Assembly (NCBI GenBank): GCA_035561095.1
Contig: DATMYE010000042.1
Location: 79,994-143,993, forward strand
DNA: 64,000 nt
Direction of reading: 5' to 3'
Source: Clostridia bacterium
GTDB taxonomy: Bacteria; Bacillota; Clostridia; Christensenellales; CAG-138
Shown here one piece after another: positions 1 through 8,468 of this stretch. Under the pieces are notes generated by a model. The model did no database searches, was not told the origin of the DNA, and was given only the letters and a program-made list of their open reading frames with translations. A program made the position numbers and the translations under genes. Within the stretch, counting starts at the first letter, position 1; each line of letters starts with the position of its first letter.

Positions 1-100
1 GGATGTCAACATCAACCGCAAAGTCCTCGCCGACCTCGCCATCACCGATATGACCGCGTTCAAGGAACTCGTTGATATCGCCATGAAGGCTCGCGCGTAA
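1..100 (+). CDS. rplT: 50S ribosomal protein L20, C-terminal 32 codons (5' part lies upstream of the window)
   Basis: The frame from nt 2 reads DVNINRKVLADLAITDMTAFKELVDIAMKARA-stop (TAA 98-100). This matches the conserved L20 C-terminus (E. coli ...[30 protein letters not shown]). Confidence 0.8.
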   Translation, partial: DVNINRKVLADLAITDMTAFKELVDIAMKARA

Positions 101-115
101 GCATCACAAGAAATA

Positions 116-142
116 GAACCGTCGTAAGGCGGTTCTTTTTTT
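116..142 (+). terminator. Rho-independent terminator after rplT
   Basis: GAACCG (116-121) and CGGTTC (130-135) form a hairpin with an 8-nt loop, followed by T7 (136-142). Confidence 0.7.
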
Positions 143-182
143 GTCTTCTTTTTCGAAAACTTTTCTATTTTTTATGTATATC

Positions 183-212
183 TTGACGTTTCATATTGTG
201 TAACGATATAAT
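183..212 (+). promoter_or_regulatory. Sigma-70-type promoter for the ArsR-MFS pair
   Basis: TTGACG (183-188), an 18-nt spacer, then TATAAT (207-212). It lies 24 nt upstream of the ATG at 236. Confidence 0.5.
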
Positions 213-235
213 GTGTGCATCGTCAGGAGGTTGTT

Positions 236-796
236 ATGGAAACCATCGTATTGACCGGAAAAAAGGAACTCGATATCTACATGAATCCGCAACGGCAAAA
301 CATCCTGCGTTGTATGCAGATTCACGGTGCGCCCATGACCGCAAAGCAGATCGCGGATCAAATCGGTATCTCCGCCTCCTCGGTGCAGCACCACATCCGG
401 TTGCTGAAGGAGTTGGGGCTTGTGGAGCAGAGCCACACGGAACAGATCCACGGCATCACGGCGACGTATTTCCGCGTGCTGCCGGTCAATGTCCGCATCG
501 GCAGCTTCATGGCGGATGAGCACAGCAACCAGCGCATCGCGCTGCTGCAAACGCATCTCAATAGCGTATTCAACGGCTTTGTGGACTATTGCGGAGCAGC
601 CCCGGCACCAACTGATCGCGCGGTGCAATTCGGGGACATGCTCTCCGGCATTACCCACCTCAAGCCGGAGGAGGCAACGGAGCTCTACGCGCAGATCGCA
701 GCGTTTCTGGAGGCGCACGAGACCCCCGCGGAACACACCTCCGCCTGGGAATATGCGCTGATTGCGTATCCCGCCAAGGAGAAGCCGCATGCGTAA
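236..796 (+). CDS. ArsR-family winged-helix transcriptional regulator
   Basis: ORF track 215..796. The start is moved to ATG 236, which is preceded by AGGAGG (225-230). The HTH signature is NPQRQNILRCMQIHGAPMTAKQIADQIGISASSVQHHIRLLKELGLVE. The stop overlaps the start of the downstream MFS gene (ATGCGTAA). Confidence 0.8.
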   Translation: METIVLTGKKELDIYMNPQRQNILRCMQIHGAPMTAKQIADQIGISASSVQHHIRLLKELGLVEQSHTEQIHGITATYFRVLPVNVRIGSFMADEHSNQRIALLQTHLNSVFNGFVDYCGAAPAPTDRAVQFGDMLSGITHLKPEEATELYAQIAAFLEAHETPAEHTSAWEYALIAYPAKEKPHA

Positions 797-2021
797 AACG
801 ATTCAACTCGTCTATTTCCTGCGCTTCTTCGGCACGGGCGTCATCATCCCCGTGCTGTCGCTGATGCTGCTCTCGCGCGGCGCAACAATAGAGACCATCT
901 CGCTGCTCGTCGGGTTTTATTCGGTCACAGTGATCGCCGCCGAGTTTCCGAGCGGGGTGTTTGCCGATGTGTTCGGCAGAAGAAACGCGTTTTTGCTCTC
1001 CTGTGTCTTCTCGTTTGTGAGCTACGGTATCCTGCTGCTCTCGCGCTCGATTCCCCTGCTGCTCTGCGGTATGCTGCTGCACGGCCTCAGCCGTGCGTTT
1101 GCCTCCGGCAGCATCGAGGCGCTGATGATCGACCAGGCGACGACAGAGCATGTTCCGCTGGAGCGGGTGACCGCGCGGCTCTCGATTCTGGAGAGCGCGG
1201 GCTACGCGGGCGGCGCGCTCACGGGCGGCCTGCTCGCCGATGTCGGCGCGCGCTTCTCCGGCAACCTCGGCGCAAACATCATCGTCGCGGCGCTTTTGAT
1301 CGTGCTGACACTCCTCTTCGTGCACGAAAGCCCGCGGGAGCGCCCGCAGCACGCGGGAAAAACGCATCTGGAACTCTTCCGTACGCAGATCAAGGAGAGC
1401 GCCCGCTTCGCAAAACAGCGCGGCATCGTTCGCATTCTGCTCGTACTGTGCCTGCTGATGGGCTTTGTGCTGAGTGTCATCGAGATCTACTGGCAGCCCG
1501 CGCTCGCGCCGTATCAATCGACCTACTGGATCTTCGGCGCGGTCAGCTCCGGCGCGTTTGCGTTCGTGATCCTCGGCAGCTGGCTTGCCGAAAAGCTCCT
1601 GCGCCGCTATCAGAATGCGGGTCTGGGTCTTCTCCTGCTGCTTAAGCTTCCGCTCGGAATCGGGCTGATCGTGTTTTCGATGACGGCAAGCGAGTTTTCG
1701 ATCATCGGCGTCTATCTTGCGCTGTATCTGCTCATCGGCAGCGGCGGCGTGGTAGAGAACACCTATCTCAACCGCCTCGCGCCCGCCGAGAGCCGCGCGA
1801 GCATCCTCTCGCTGTTCTCGCTGGTGCTGCAGATCGGCGGCGTGTGCGCGTCTCTGGTTGGGTATCTGGTCAGCGCAAACGCAGCGTTTCAGAAGGTCTG
1901 GCTGCTGGCGGGCGTCGGCTTATTGATCTTCATCATCGTGACCGCCTTTTTGAAAAAGCGCGCGGAGATGCCTGCGGTTGCCGTTTCTCCGGAGCCGGAC
2001 GCAGCGCGGCAGGACGCGTAG
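789..2021 (+). CDS. MFS transporter
   Basis: ORF track 762..2021. ATG 789 overlaps the regulator's stop codon. The protein is multi-TM and hydrophobic and carries MFS motif A (GVFADVFGRRN). Confidence 0.85.
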   Translation: MRKTIQLVYFLRFFGTGVIIPVLSLMLLSRGATIETISLLVGFYSVTVIAAEFPSGVFADVFGRRNAFLLSCVFSFVSYGILLLSRSIPLLLCGMLLHGLSRAFASGSIEALMIDQATTEHVPLERVTARLSILESAGYAGGALTGGLLADVGARFSGNLGANIIVAALLIVLTLLFVHESPRERPQHAGKTHLELFRTQIKESARFAKQRGIVRILLVLCLLMGFVLSVIEIYWQPALAPYQSTYWIFGAVSSGAFAFVILGSWLAEKLLRRYQNAGLGLLLLLKLPLGIGLIVFSMTASEFSIIGVYLALYLLIGSGGVVENTYLNRLAPAESRASILSLFSLVLQIGGVCASLVGYLVSANAAFQKVWLLAGVGLLIFIIVTAFLKKRAEMPAVAVSPEPDAARQDA

Positions 2022-2104
2022 AAATATCGTTCCAAAAGGGAAAGTGGTCACTGTTGTCAGCGCGTTGTGTGCTATACTATACTGAAACAAAAAGGAGCAC
2101 AGCT

Positions 2105-2650
2105 ATGCAGCGCCTCGAAAGTGAACGACTCATCCTCCGCGGATTTACGGAGGCGGACACCTACGACCTCTATCGCTACGCGGTCGATCCGGAGGTCGGC
2201 CCGCGCGCAGGCTGGAAGCCACATGCCTCCCGCGAGGAATCGCTCTCGATCATCCAGATGTTCATCGCGGACGACAACGTCTTCGCCATCGAGCGCAAGA
2301 GCGACCATCGCATGATCGGCACCATTGGCCTGCACAAGGACAAGTGCCGCAACCTGCCGGATGTGAAGACGATCGGCTACGTCCTCGCGCAGGACTGCTG
2401 GGGGCAGGGATATATGAGCGAGGCGGTCAGGCGTGTGCTGCGATACTGCTTTGAGGAGATGCATCTGCGGATGGTGAGCATCTCGCACTACACCTTCAAC
2501 GATCAATCCCGCCGCGTGATTGAAAAATGCGGCTTTGTCTACGAGGGAACGCTGCGGCAGACCTTCCTGCGCTATGACGGCGCGGTGTTTGACGAGAGCA
2601 TGTACTCCATCACCAAAGAAGAATGGCAAAAGCATCAACTCATCGTTTGA
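2105..2650 (+). CDS. GNAT family N-acetyltransferase (RimJ/RimL-like)
   Basis: ORF track 1844..2650. ATG 2105 follows AAAGGAG. The N-terminus MQRLESERLILRGFTEADTYDLYRY and the segment CWGQGYMSEAVRRVLRYCFEE are typical of the Acetyltransf_3/RimJ family. Confidence 0.85.
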   Translation: MQRLESERLILRGFTEADTYDLYRYAVDPEVGPRAGWKPHASREESLSIIQMFIADDNVFAIERKSDHRMIGTIGLHKDKCRNLPDVKTIGYVLAQDCWGQGYMSEAVRRVLRYCFEEMHLRMVSISHYTFNDQSRRVIEKCGFVYEGTLRQTFLRYDGAVFDESMYSITKEEWQKHQLIV

Positions 2651-2686
2651 TGCGAAGCATATTGGATTAACCCCGAAAGGAGCTTT

Positions 2687-3442
2687 ATGCAAATGGTCAT
2701 CGAAAGCCGTTCCAACGAGCGCGTCAAGGAAGCGCGAAAGCTCCTGTTACGTAAGGAGCGCAAGGAGAGCGGGCTGCACCTCATCGAGAGCGAAAAGCTC
2801 GTACGCGAGGCGGTCTCCTCCGGCGCTGTGATCGTCTCCTGCTTTATTGAAGAAGGCTTTTCGTTCACGCCGCCGGAAGGCGCAATCGTCTATTCCGTCA
2901 CCCGCGCGGTGCTGGAATCCCTTTGCGAAAGCCAGACGCCGCAGGGCGTGGTCGCGGTCGTTAAAACGCCCGACCTTACGCCGCCGGAGGCATATCCACA
3001 AGGCCTCGTGCTCGTGCTCGACGGCGTACAGGACCCCGGCAACGTCGGCGCGATTCTGCGCTCGGCGGACGCGTTCGGAGCCGTTGGGCTGTTGCTCTCT
3101 CCTGCCTGTGCGGACGCCTACGCACCAAAGACGCTTCGCGCCGCGATGGGCTCAACATACCATCTGCCCGTCTGGCAGGGCGAACTGCTGCCGGAGCTTG
3201 CAAAGCTGCGTCAGCAGGGCTTTACGGCGCTCTGCGGCGACCTCAAGGGCAGCGAGCAGCTCCCCGCGCTCAAGAACAACGTCGCGCTCGTCATCGGCAG
3301 CGAAGGCAACGGCGTGAGTGAACCCGTTGCGGAATCATGCGAGCGGTTTCGTCTGACCATGCGCGGTCGTGCGGAGTCGCTCAATGCCTCCGTCGCGGCG
3401 GGCGTGCTGCTCTACGTCGTCTCCGAGGCCATGCCCCGCTAG
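2687..3442 (+). CDS. TrmH/SpoU-family RNA 2'-O-methyltransferase
   Basis: SpoU motifs are present: LVLDGVQDPGNVGAILRSA, LVIGSEGNGVS and ESLNASVAAGVLLY. The RBS AAAGGAG lies upstream of ATG 2687. Confidence 0.85.
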   Translation: MQMVIESRSNERVKEARKLLLRKERKESGLHLIESEKLVREAVSSGAVIVSCFIEEGFSFTPPEGAIVYSVTRAVLESLCESQTPQGVVAVVKTPDLTPPEAYPQGLVLVLDGVQDPGNVGAILRSADAFGAVGLLLSPACADAYAPKTLRAAMGSTYHLPVWQGELLPELAKLRQQGFTALCGDLKGSEQLPALKNNVALVIGSEGNGVSEPVAESCERFRLTMRGRAESLNASVAAGVLLYVVSEAMPR

Positions 3443-3474
3443 CACCCGACCAACCATCCAACAGGAGGTATCAT

Positions 3475-4035
3475 ATGGAACAGGCAAAGAATAATAAGGT
3501 TCTCGTCGTGGTCGACATGCAGAACGACTTCATCACGGGTTCGCTCGGCTCCAAAGAGGCGCAGGCGATCGTGGAGAACGTTGTCAAGCGCATCCTCGAT
3601 TTTGACGGGCTGATTCTCTACACGCTCGACACGCATACCGAGGACTACCTCAACACCAAGGAAGGCGAAAAACTCCCCGTCAAGCACTGCATCGCGGGAA
3701 CCGACGGTTGGGCGCCCAACTCCGCCGTCTGGATGGCGCTGATGCACAAAAACGTTGCGGACGAGCAGCATATGATCGCGAAGGACACCTTCGGCGGCGT
3801 GAGCCTGCCGATGCGCATCCACGAGCTGCTGGAGGGCAGCGAGCCGGAGTCGATCGACCTGATCGGCCTTTGCACGGACATCTGCGTGATCAGCAACGCA
3901 CTTCTCGTGAAGGCATTCTATCCCGAAGCCACAATCACCGTCGACGCCGCCGCCTGCGCGGGCGCAACGCCGGAAGGGCACAAAACCGCCCTCTCTGCGA
4001 TGAAAACCTGCCACATCGACATCGTGAACGAGTAA
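3475..4035 (+). CDS. Isochorismatase-family cysteine hydrolase (nicotinamidase-like)
   Basis: ORF track 3337..4035. ATG 3475 follows AGGAGG (3463-3468). The VLVVVDMQNDF motif and the catalytic-Cys context GLCTDICV are present. Confidence 0.8.
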   Translation: MEQAKNNKVLVVVDMQNDFITGSLGSKEAQAIVENVVKRILDFDGLILYTLDTHTEDYLNTKEGEKLPVKHCIAGTDGWAPNSAVWMALMHKNVADEQHMIAKDTFGGVSLPMRIHELLEGSEPESIDLIGLCTDICVISNALLVKAFYPEATITVDAAACAGATPEGHKTALSAMKTCHIDIVNE

Positions 4036-4055
4036 TTCAACAACACAAAGCACAA

Positions 4056-4083
4056 ACAAAAACGCCCGCAAGGGCGTTTTTTG
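4056..4083. terminator. Bidirectional terminator between the hydrolase gene and murD
   Basis: ACGCCC-GCAA-GGGCGT hairpin (4062-4077), flanked by an A-run on the left and a T-run on the right. Confidence 0.7.
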
Positions 4084-4104
4084 TTGTGTATATGTTTTTA
4101 TCTC

Positions 4105-5457
4105 TTACGCAAACCGGTTCACGATCTCCTTAAACACCCTGCCGCGCTGCTCGAAGTTATCGAACATATCCCAGCTCGCGCAGGCGGGCGATAGCAGCAC
4201 CGCGTCGCCGGGGGCAGCTAGCATGCGCGCGCAGGCGACGGTGTCCTCAAATGATCCTGTCGCGTGGCAGTAGCCAAGGTAGCCCGTGTCCCGCGCGGTG
4301 TCGAGAATCTTCTGCTTGGTCTCGCCGAGCACGACGATGGCCTTGAGCCGGCTTCCGCGGAAATTCTCGAACAGCTCGTGAAAATCGCTGTGCTTGTCGT
4401 AGCCGCCGAGGATCAGCACTGTCGGCCGCGTCATCGCCTGAATCGCCTTGATGGTCGAATCCGGGTTGGTGCCCTTGGAGTCGTTGATATAGCGCACGCC
4501 ATCAACCTCCCGCACAAACTCGATGCGGTGCTCCACGCCGGGGAATGTGCGCAGCGTCTCGCGCACAGCACTGGGCGTGATGCCCATGCCGAGCGCGAGC
4601 AGCGAACTCAGCATCGCGTTTTCGAGGTTGTGCCCGCCGGGGATCTTGATCTCGTCCGCGCGGATGAGGTCATATTCCCCGTTCTCGTCGCGGTAGACGA
4701 CCGTGTCCCCGCGCAGAAACAGCCCGCGCGGCACCTCGCCTTTGCGCGAAAAATAATACACGCGCGCGGGTGTGAGCCGCGCCATGTCGCGCACCACCGC
4801 GTCGTCGTAGTTCAGTACCGCGATATCCTCTGCGGTCTGGTGGTCGAAAATCTTGCACTTGGCGGCAATGTAGTTCTCCATCGTGCCGAAGTGGTCGAGG
4901 TGGTCTTCCGTGATGTTGCAGACGCCAGCCGCGCGCGCATGGAAGTGCACGTTGCCCTCCAGCTGGAGCCCCGCGGTCTCCGCGACGACAACGTCGCCCG
5001 CACGCGTTTCCAGCGCGTGCTCCGTGATCGGCACGCCGATGTTGCCGAGCACGAACGTGTGCCGCCCGCCGGTCTTGAAGATCTCTCCGGTCAGCGCGGT
5101 GCAGGTGGTCTTGCCGTTGGTGCCGGTGATGCAGACGAATTCCGCGTGGCTGTAGCGGTAGCCAAGCTCGATCTCGCTGATGACCTCAATGCCCCGCTCC
5201 TGCGCCGCGCGCACGAACGGAACCGTCATCGGGATGATCGGGCTGATGACGATGAGCGTTACACCCTCAAACAGCGTCTGCGGGTCTTCGCCCAGCCGCC
5301 AATCGACAGAAACGCCGCTGAGCGCTTCGCGGAGCCCCTCGATCTCTGTCTTTTTGTCGTTGATGATCACGTCCCAGCCGGTTGCGCTGAGCAGCTTTGC
5401 CGCGCCGACGCCGCTTTTTGCCATACCGACGATCAGCGCTTTGTTGCGTTGTTCCAT
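4105..5457 (-). CDS. murD: UDP-N-acetylmuramoylalanine--D-glutamate ligase
   Basis: ORF track 4105..5502, with the start set at MEQRNKALIVGMAKSGVGAAKLL. All Mur-ligase motifs are present: GTNGKTT, HNLENA, HRIEFV..INDSKGTN, GGYDK and SPACASWDMF. Confidence 0.93.
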   Translation of the reverse strand: MEQRNKALIVGMAKSGVGAAKLLSATGWDVIINDKKTEIEGLREALSGVSVDWRLGEDPQTLFEGVTLIVISPIIPMTVPFVRAAQERGIEVISEIELGYRYSHAEFVCITGTNGKTTCTALTGEIFKTGGRHTFVLGNIGVPITEHALETRAGDVVVAETAGLQLEGNVHFHARAAGVCNITEDHLDHFGTMENYIAAKCKIFDHQTAEDIAVLNYDDAVVRDMARLTPARVYYFSRKGEVPRGLFLRGDTVVYRDENGEYDLIRADEIKIPGGHNLENAMLSSLLALGMGITPSAVRETLRTFPGVEHRIEFVREVDGVRYINDSKGTNPDSTIKAIQAMTRPTVLILGGYDKHSDFHELFENFRGSRLKAIVVLGETKQKILDTARDTGYLGYCHATGSFEDTVACARMLAAPGDAVLLSPACASWDMFDNFEQRGRVFKEIVNRFA

Positions 5458-5536
5458 GAAATATTTGCCTCCGAAGTGTGTGTTCTTGCGCGGTCTGCGC
5501 AAGACGAAAATGGAGCGAATGATTGCATCCCTGCCT

Positions 5537-6571
5537 CTAGCGGAAAAACGGCAGCAGACAGAACGCGCAGATCACCGCGGTGAGAATCGTATACATCGTC
5601 GCAATCTGCGAGGGCGGATGCCCCAGCAGCTCATAATGCCGGTGAACAGGAACCGCGCGGAAGAGTTTCTTTCCTCCTTCGCGGGTTTTGGAAAACGCCT
5701 GCAGCACGATCGAGCCGATGCTTGCCAGCAGGCAAAAGCTCATCAGCGGCAGCAGAATGATCGAGCGGCTCAAAATCGCGAGCATCGCGACAGCGCCACC
5801 GAGCGAGAGTGTGCCGGTAGCGCCCGGCTGCACGCGCGCAGGAAACACATTGTAGCGCAGAAAACCGATGGTTGCCCCCGCGACAGCCGCGGCGAAGATT
5901 GCACTGCCCGCAAGGTTATCGCCCAAGAGCAGTTCGCCGTTCTGGTTTGCGACGCTTGCCATCGCGGCAAGGATGCCGATCTGCGCCAGCGTGTAGACAT
6001 GGCTCACGCCGGTCACAAGCCCGTCTACGCCGTCGCTGAGGCGCGCCGCGTTGACCTCCGCGACGATGACGATCATCACCAGCGGTACGTACCAGAAACC
6101 GATATCCCATTCTCCGCCGGAAAGCGGCAGATGCAGTTCGGAGCCGATTAACGGCGAGCGGTATGCCCAGATTGCAACGATGGCAGCGATGACGATCTCA
6201 ACGCCGAGCATGATCTCCGGGCGGAGACCGATGCCGTCGGGATCGCGCACGCGGATAAAATCGTCCACAAACCCAAGTACGCCGAAGGCGAGCACCGCCA
6301 CCAGCGCGGGCAGCGTGAACTCCATTCCGTCGAGGCCGAAGATCAGCGTCGGGATCGCAACCGCAAGTAGCACCATCACGCCTCCCATAGTCGGCGTGGG
6401 CGGTTTCGGCGGCGGCTCTTTCTTTTTCCGGCTCTTCTCCGGCGGCGGTTCGGGCGCGGGTTCCTGCTCCGTATGTTCGGGCTTGAGGCGCGCGAGCATC
6501 GGAATCACGAGCGGGCCCAGAATCCAGACGATTGCCAGCGAGACGAGCGCGGTTATCATGATTTGCAGCAT
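5537..6571 (-). CDS. mraY: Phospho-N-acetylmuramoyl-pentapeptide transferase homologue with atypical catalytic motifs
   Basis: Clear MraY topology and motifs: TPTMGG, GFVDDF and NAARLSDGVDGL. The consensus FMGDxGS reads QPGATGT, HHH reads HRH, and cytoplasmic loop 1 is Pro/Glu/Lys-rich. See findings. Confidence 0.85.
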   Translation of the reverse strand: MLQIMITALVSLAIVWILGPLVIPMLARLKPEHTEQEPAPEPPPEKSRKKKEPPPKPPTPTMGGVMVLLAVAIPTLIFGLDGMEFTLPALVAVLAFGVLGFVDDFIRVRDPDGIGLRPEIMLGVEIVIAAIVAIWAYRSPLIGSELHLPLSGGEWDIGFWYVPLVMIVIVAEVNAARLSDGVDGLVTGVSHVYTLAQIGILAAMASVANQNGELLLGDNLAGSAIFAAAVAGATIGFLRYNVFPARVQPGATGTLSLGGAVAMLAILSRSIILLPLMSFCLLASIGSIVLQAFSKTREGGKKLFRAVPVHRHYELLGHPPSQIATMYTILTAVICAFCLLPFFR

Positions 6572-6632
6572 ATCGGTATTATACCCCTCTCAATGTTCAC
6601 CGGACAATCCCCAAAAACCAAGAGGTGGGGTG

Positions 6633-6880
6633 TTTGCCGCCTGCGGCGGCATGCAAAAACGAAAGATATTTTTTCGGAGTGCGGGCGGATGATATCCGCC
6701 CCTACAAAGAAAGATGCGGTTGGAAAATTCTTTCCTTCGAAAACCATAAACGCGAAGCCTTTTGCCCGTGAACGCGAATATCCTTGTAGGGGCGGATATC
6801 ATCCGCCCGTGCCACAAATGCACCCGAAAACGCCGTTCCGCGTGATTTGCGGACTTTGCCGCCTGCGGCGGCATGCAAAA
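6633..6880. repeat. Nested palindromic (REP-like) repeat units in the murE-mraY spacer
   Basis: Unit A, TTTGCCGCCTGCGGCGGCATGCAAAA, occurs identically at 6633-6658 and 6855-6880 in direct orientation. Its core GCCGCC-TGC-GGCGGC is a hairpin. Unit B, GGGCGGATGATATCCGCCCCTACA (6683-6706), recurs as its exact reverse complement at 6785-6808, and each copy is itself a hairpin. Confidence 0.9.
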
Positions 6881-6909
6881 CCCGCATCCGGCTTGTTTGC
6901 CAAATGCGG
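6880..6909 (-). terminator. Hairpin/terminator immediately downstream of murE
   Basis: The minus strand reads CCCGCAT-N16-ATGCGGG followed by TTTTG. It begins 22 nt after the murE stop. Confidence 0.45.
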
Positions 6910-6930
6910 GTGTTGGTTCTGAATCAATTT

Positions 6931-8364
6931 TTACAGCTCGGAGAGCAATTCTTCGACAATCTCTTTGTCATCGAAGTGATACTTCGTGCCGTTGATCTCC
7001 TGATAGTTCTCGTGGCCTTTGCCGGCGATCATGATCACGTCGTCGGTCTGCGCGGAAGAGAGCGCATAGCGGATCGCTTCCTTGCGGTTTTCGATGACGG
7101 TGTACTTTGTTCCGCTGCGCTTGACGCCTTCCTCGATGGACTCGATGATCGACATCGGGTCTTCCGTGCGCGGGTTGTCGCTCGTGATGACCGCAAACTC
7201 GGAGAACCTTCCCGCGATTTCGCCCATGATCGGGCGCTTCGCGCGGTCGCGGTCGCCGCCGCAGCCAAAGACGCAGATGACGCGGCCCTTGGTGAACTGC
7301 TGCACGGTCTTGAGGACATTTTCCAACGCGTCGGGCGTATGCGCATAGTCGACAAACACGGAGAATCCGCGGTTTGTTCTAACCGGCTCGAGTCGTCCGG
7401 AGACGCTCGTGAGCGATTCCAGCCCCGCCTTGACGGCGCTGAGCTTCATGCCGACCGCAAGCGCCATCCCGGCTGCGCCCATCGCGTTGAACACCGAGAA
7501 CAGGCCGGGAATCGCGAGATTCATCAGCACTTCACCCTCCGGCGTATGCAGGTCAAAGCGCACGCCGTCGGTCGTGATGTCGATATCCGTCGCGGAGATG
7601 TCCGCGCGGTCGCGCACGCCGAAGGTCAGAATCGGGATCGTGAGTCCTTCCATGATGCGCGAGGAATAGGGATCGTCCACGTTGACGACCGCTTTTTTGC
7701 TGTTGAGGAACAGCGTCTTCTTCGCGGCAAGGTAGTTATCAAAGGACTTGTGATAGTCCAGATGATCCTGCGTGAGGTTCGTAAAGAGGCCGACATCGAA
7801 CTTGATGCCGTGCACACGATATTGCTCCAGCGCATGGGAGCTGGTCTCCATGACCACGAGATCGACATGCGCATCCGCCATCATGCGGAGGATACGGAAA
7901 AGATCGACCGATTCCGGCGTGGTGCGGTCGGTGTGGATGCTCTCGTTGCCGATGAGGTTGCGGATGGTGCCGATGACGCCAACCTTCTTGCCGGTCTGTT
8001 CGGCAATCGCCTTGACCATGTAGGTCGTGGTGGTCTTGCCGTTGGTACCGGTGACGCCGAGCATCATCATCTCGCGCTGGGGATAGCCGAAGAACGCGGC
8101 GGATATCTCCGCCATGGCCTTGCGCGCGTTTTTCACGACGAGCTGCGGCACCGCAAACGGAAGCTCTTTTTCCACCAGCAGCGCCGTTGCGCCGTTTGCA
8201 ATCGCGGCCTCTGCGAACGTGTGTCCGTCAAACAGGCTGCCGACGATGCAGCAGAAGAGGCTGCCTTTCTTCACTTTTCTGGAGTCATACTCGATGGAGA
8301 CGATGTCCGTGTCTTCGCCTTCATAGCGCAGGCCGGTTGCCATTGCCAGTTCCGAAAGCAGCAT
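6931..8364 (-). CDS. murE: UDP-N-acetylmuramoyl-L-alanyl-D-glutamate--2,6-diaminopimelate ligase
   Basis: ORF track 6931..8421, with the start set at MLLSELAMATGL, preceded by GGAGGT. Motifs present: GTNGKTTTT, ETSSHAL, TNLTQDHLDYH and DYAHTPDAL. The DNPR motif (ITSDNPRTEDP) is typical of meso-DAP-adding enzymes. Confidence 0.93.
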   Translation of the reverse strand: MLLSELAMATGLRYEGEDTDIVSIEYDSRKVKKGSLFCCIVGSLFDGHTFAEAAIANGATALLVEKELPFAVPQLVVKNARKAMAEISAAFFGYPQREMMMLGVTGTNGKTTTTYMVKAIAEQTGKKVGVIGTIRNLIGNESIHTDRTTPESVDLFRILRMMADAHVDLVVMETSSHALEQYRVHGIKFDVGLFTNLTQDHLDYHKSFDNYLAAKKTLFLNSKKAVVNVDDPYSSRIMEGLTIPILTFGVRDRADISATDIDITTDGVRFDLHTPEGEVLMNLAIPGLFSVFNAMGAAGMALAVGMKLSAVKAGLESLTSVSGRLEPVRTNRGFSVFVDYAHTPDALENVLKTVQQFTKGRVICVFGCGGDRDRAKRPIMGEIAGRFSEFAVITSDNPRTEDPMSIIESIEEGVKRSGTKYTVIENRKEAIRYALSSAQTDDVIMIAGKGHENYQEINGTKYHFDDKEIVEELLSEL

Positions 8365-8468
8365 GTCGTAACCTCCCGTCGCGCGGTTCTTCGCGCTCAA
8401 TAAAATGAAACAGTATTTCACCGCATTCCGGAAATCCGGGATGCGCTAGGAATGTTTGCCTGAAAGCC

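Noticed and set aside
1844-2104. N-terminal extensions offered by the ORF track for several genes (1844..2650, 3337..4035, 13058..15082, 23103..23873, 33223..34221, 38560..39153, 44332..44994, 45107..46366, 51907..53121, 59305..62667).
   Set aside because: In each case an internal ATG, GTG or TTG is preceded by a GGAGG-like RBS at proper spacing. That start matches the N-terminus typical of the protein family or a signal peptide. The upstream extension overlaps a neighbouring gene or terminator, or is compositionally non-coding.
6473-6922. ORF-track peptides inside the murE-mraY spacer (6473..6922, 6590..6874, 6556..6747, 6702..6887).
   Set aside because: They are read-through of the palindromic repeat units in both orientations, giving the same peptides (...GGYHPP..., ...MPPQAA...) on both strands. 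They have no RBS and overlap each other. I treated them as non-coding repeats. I also found no recognisable murF remnant in any frame.
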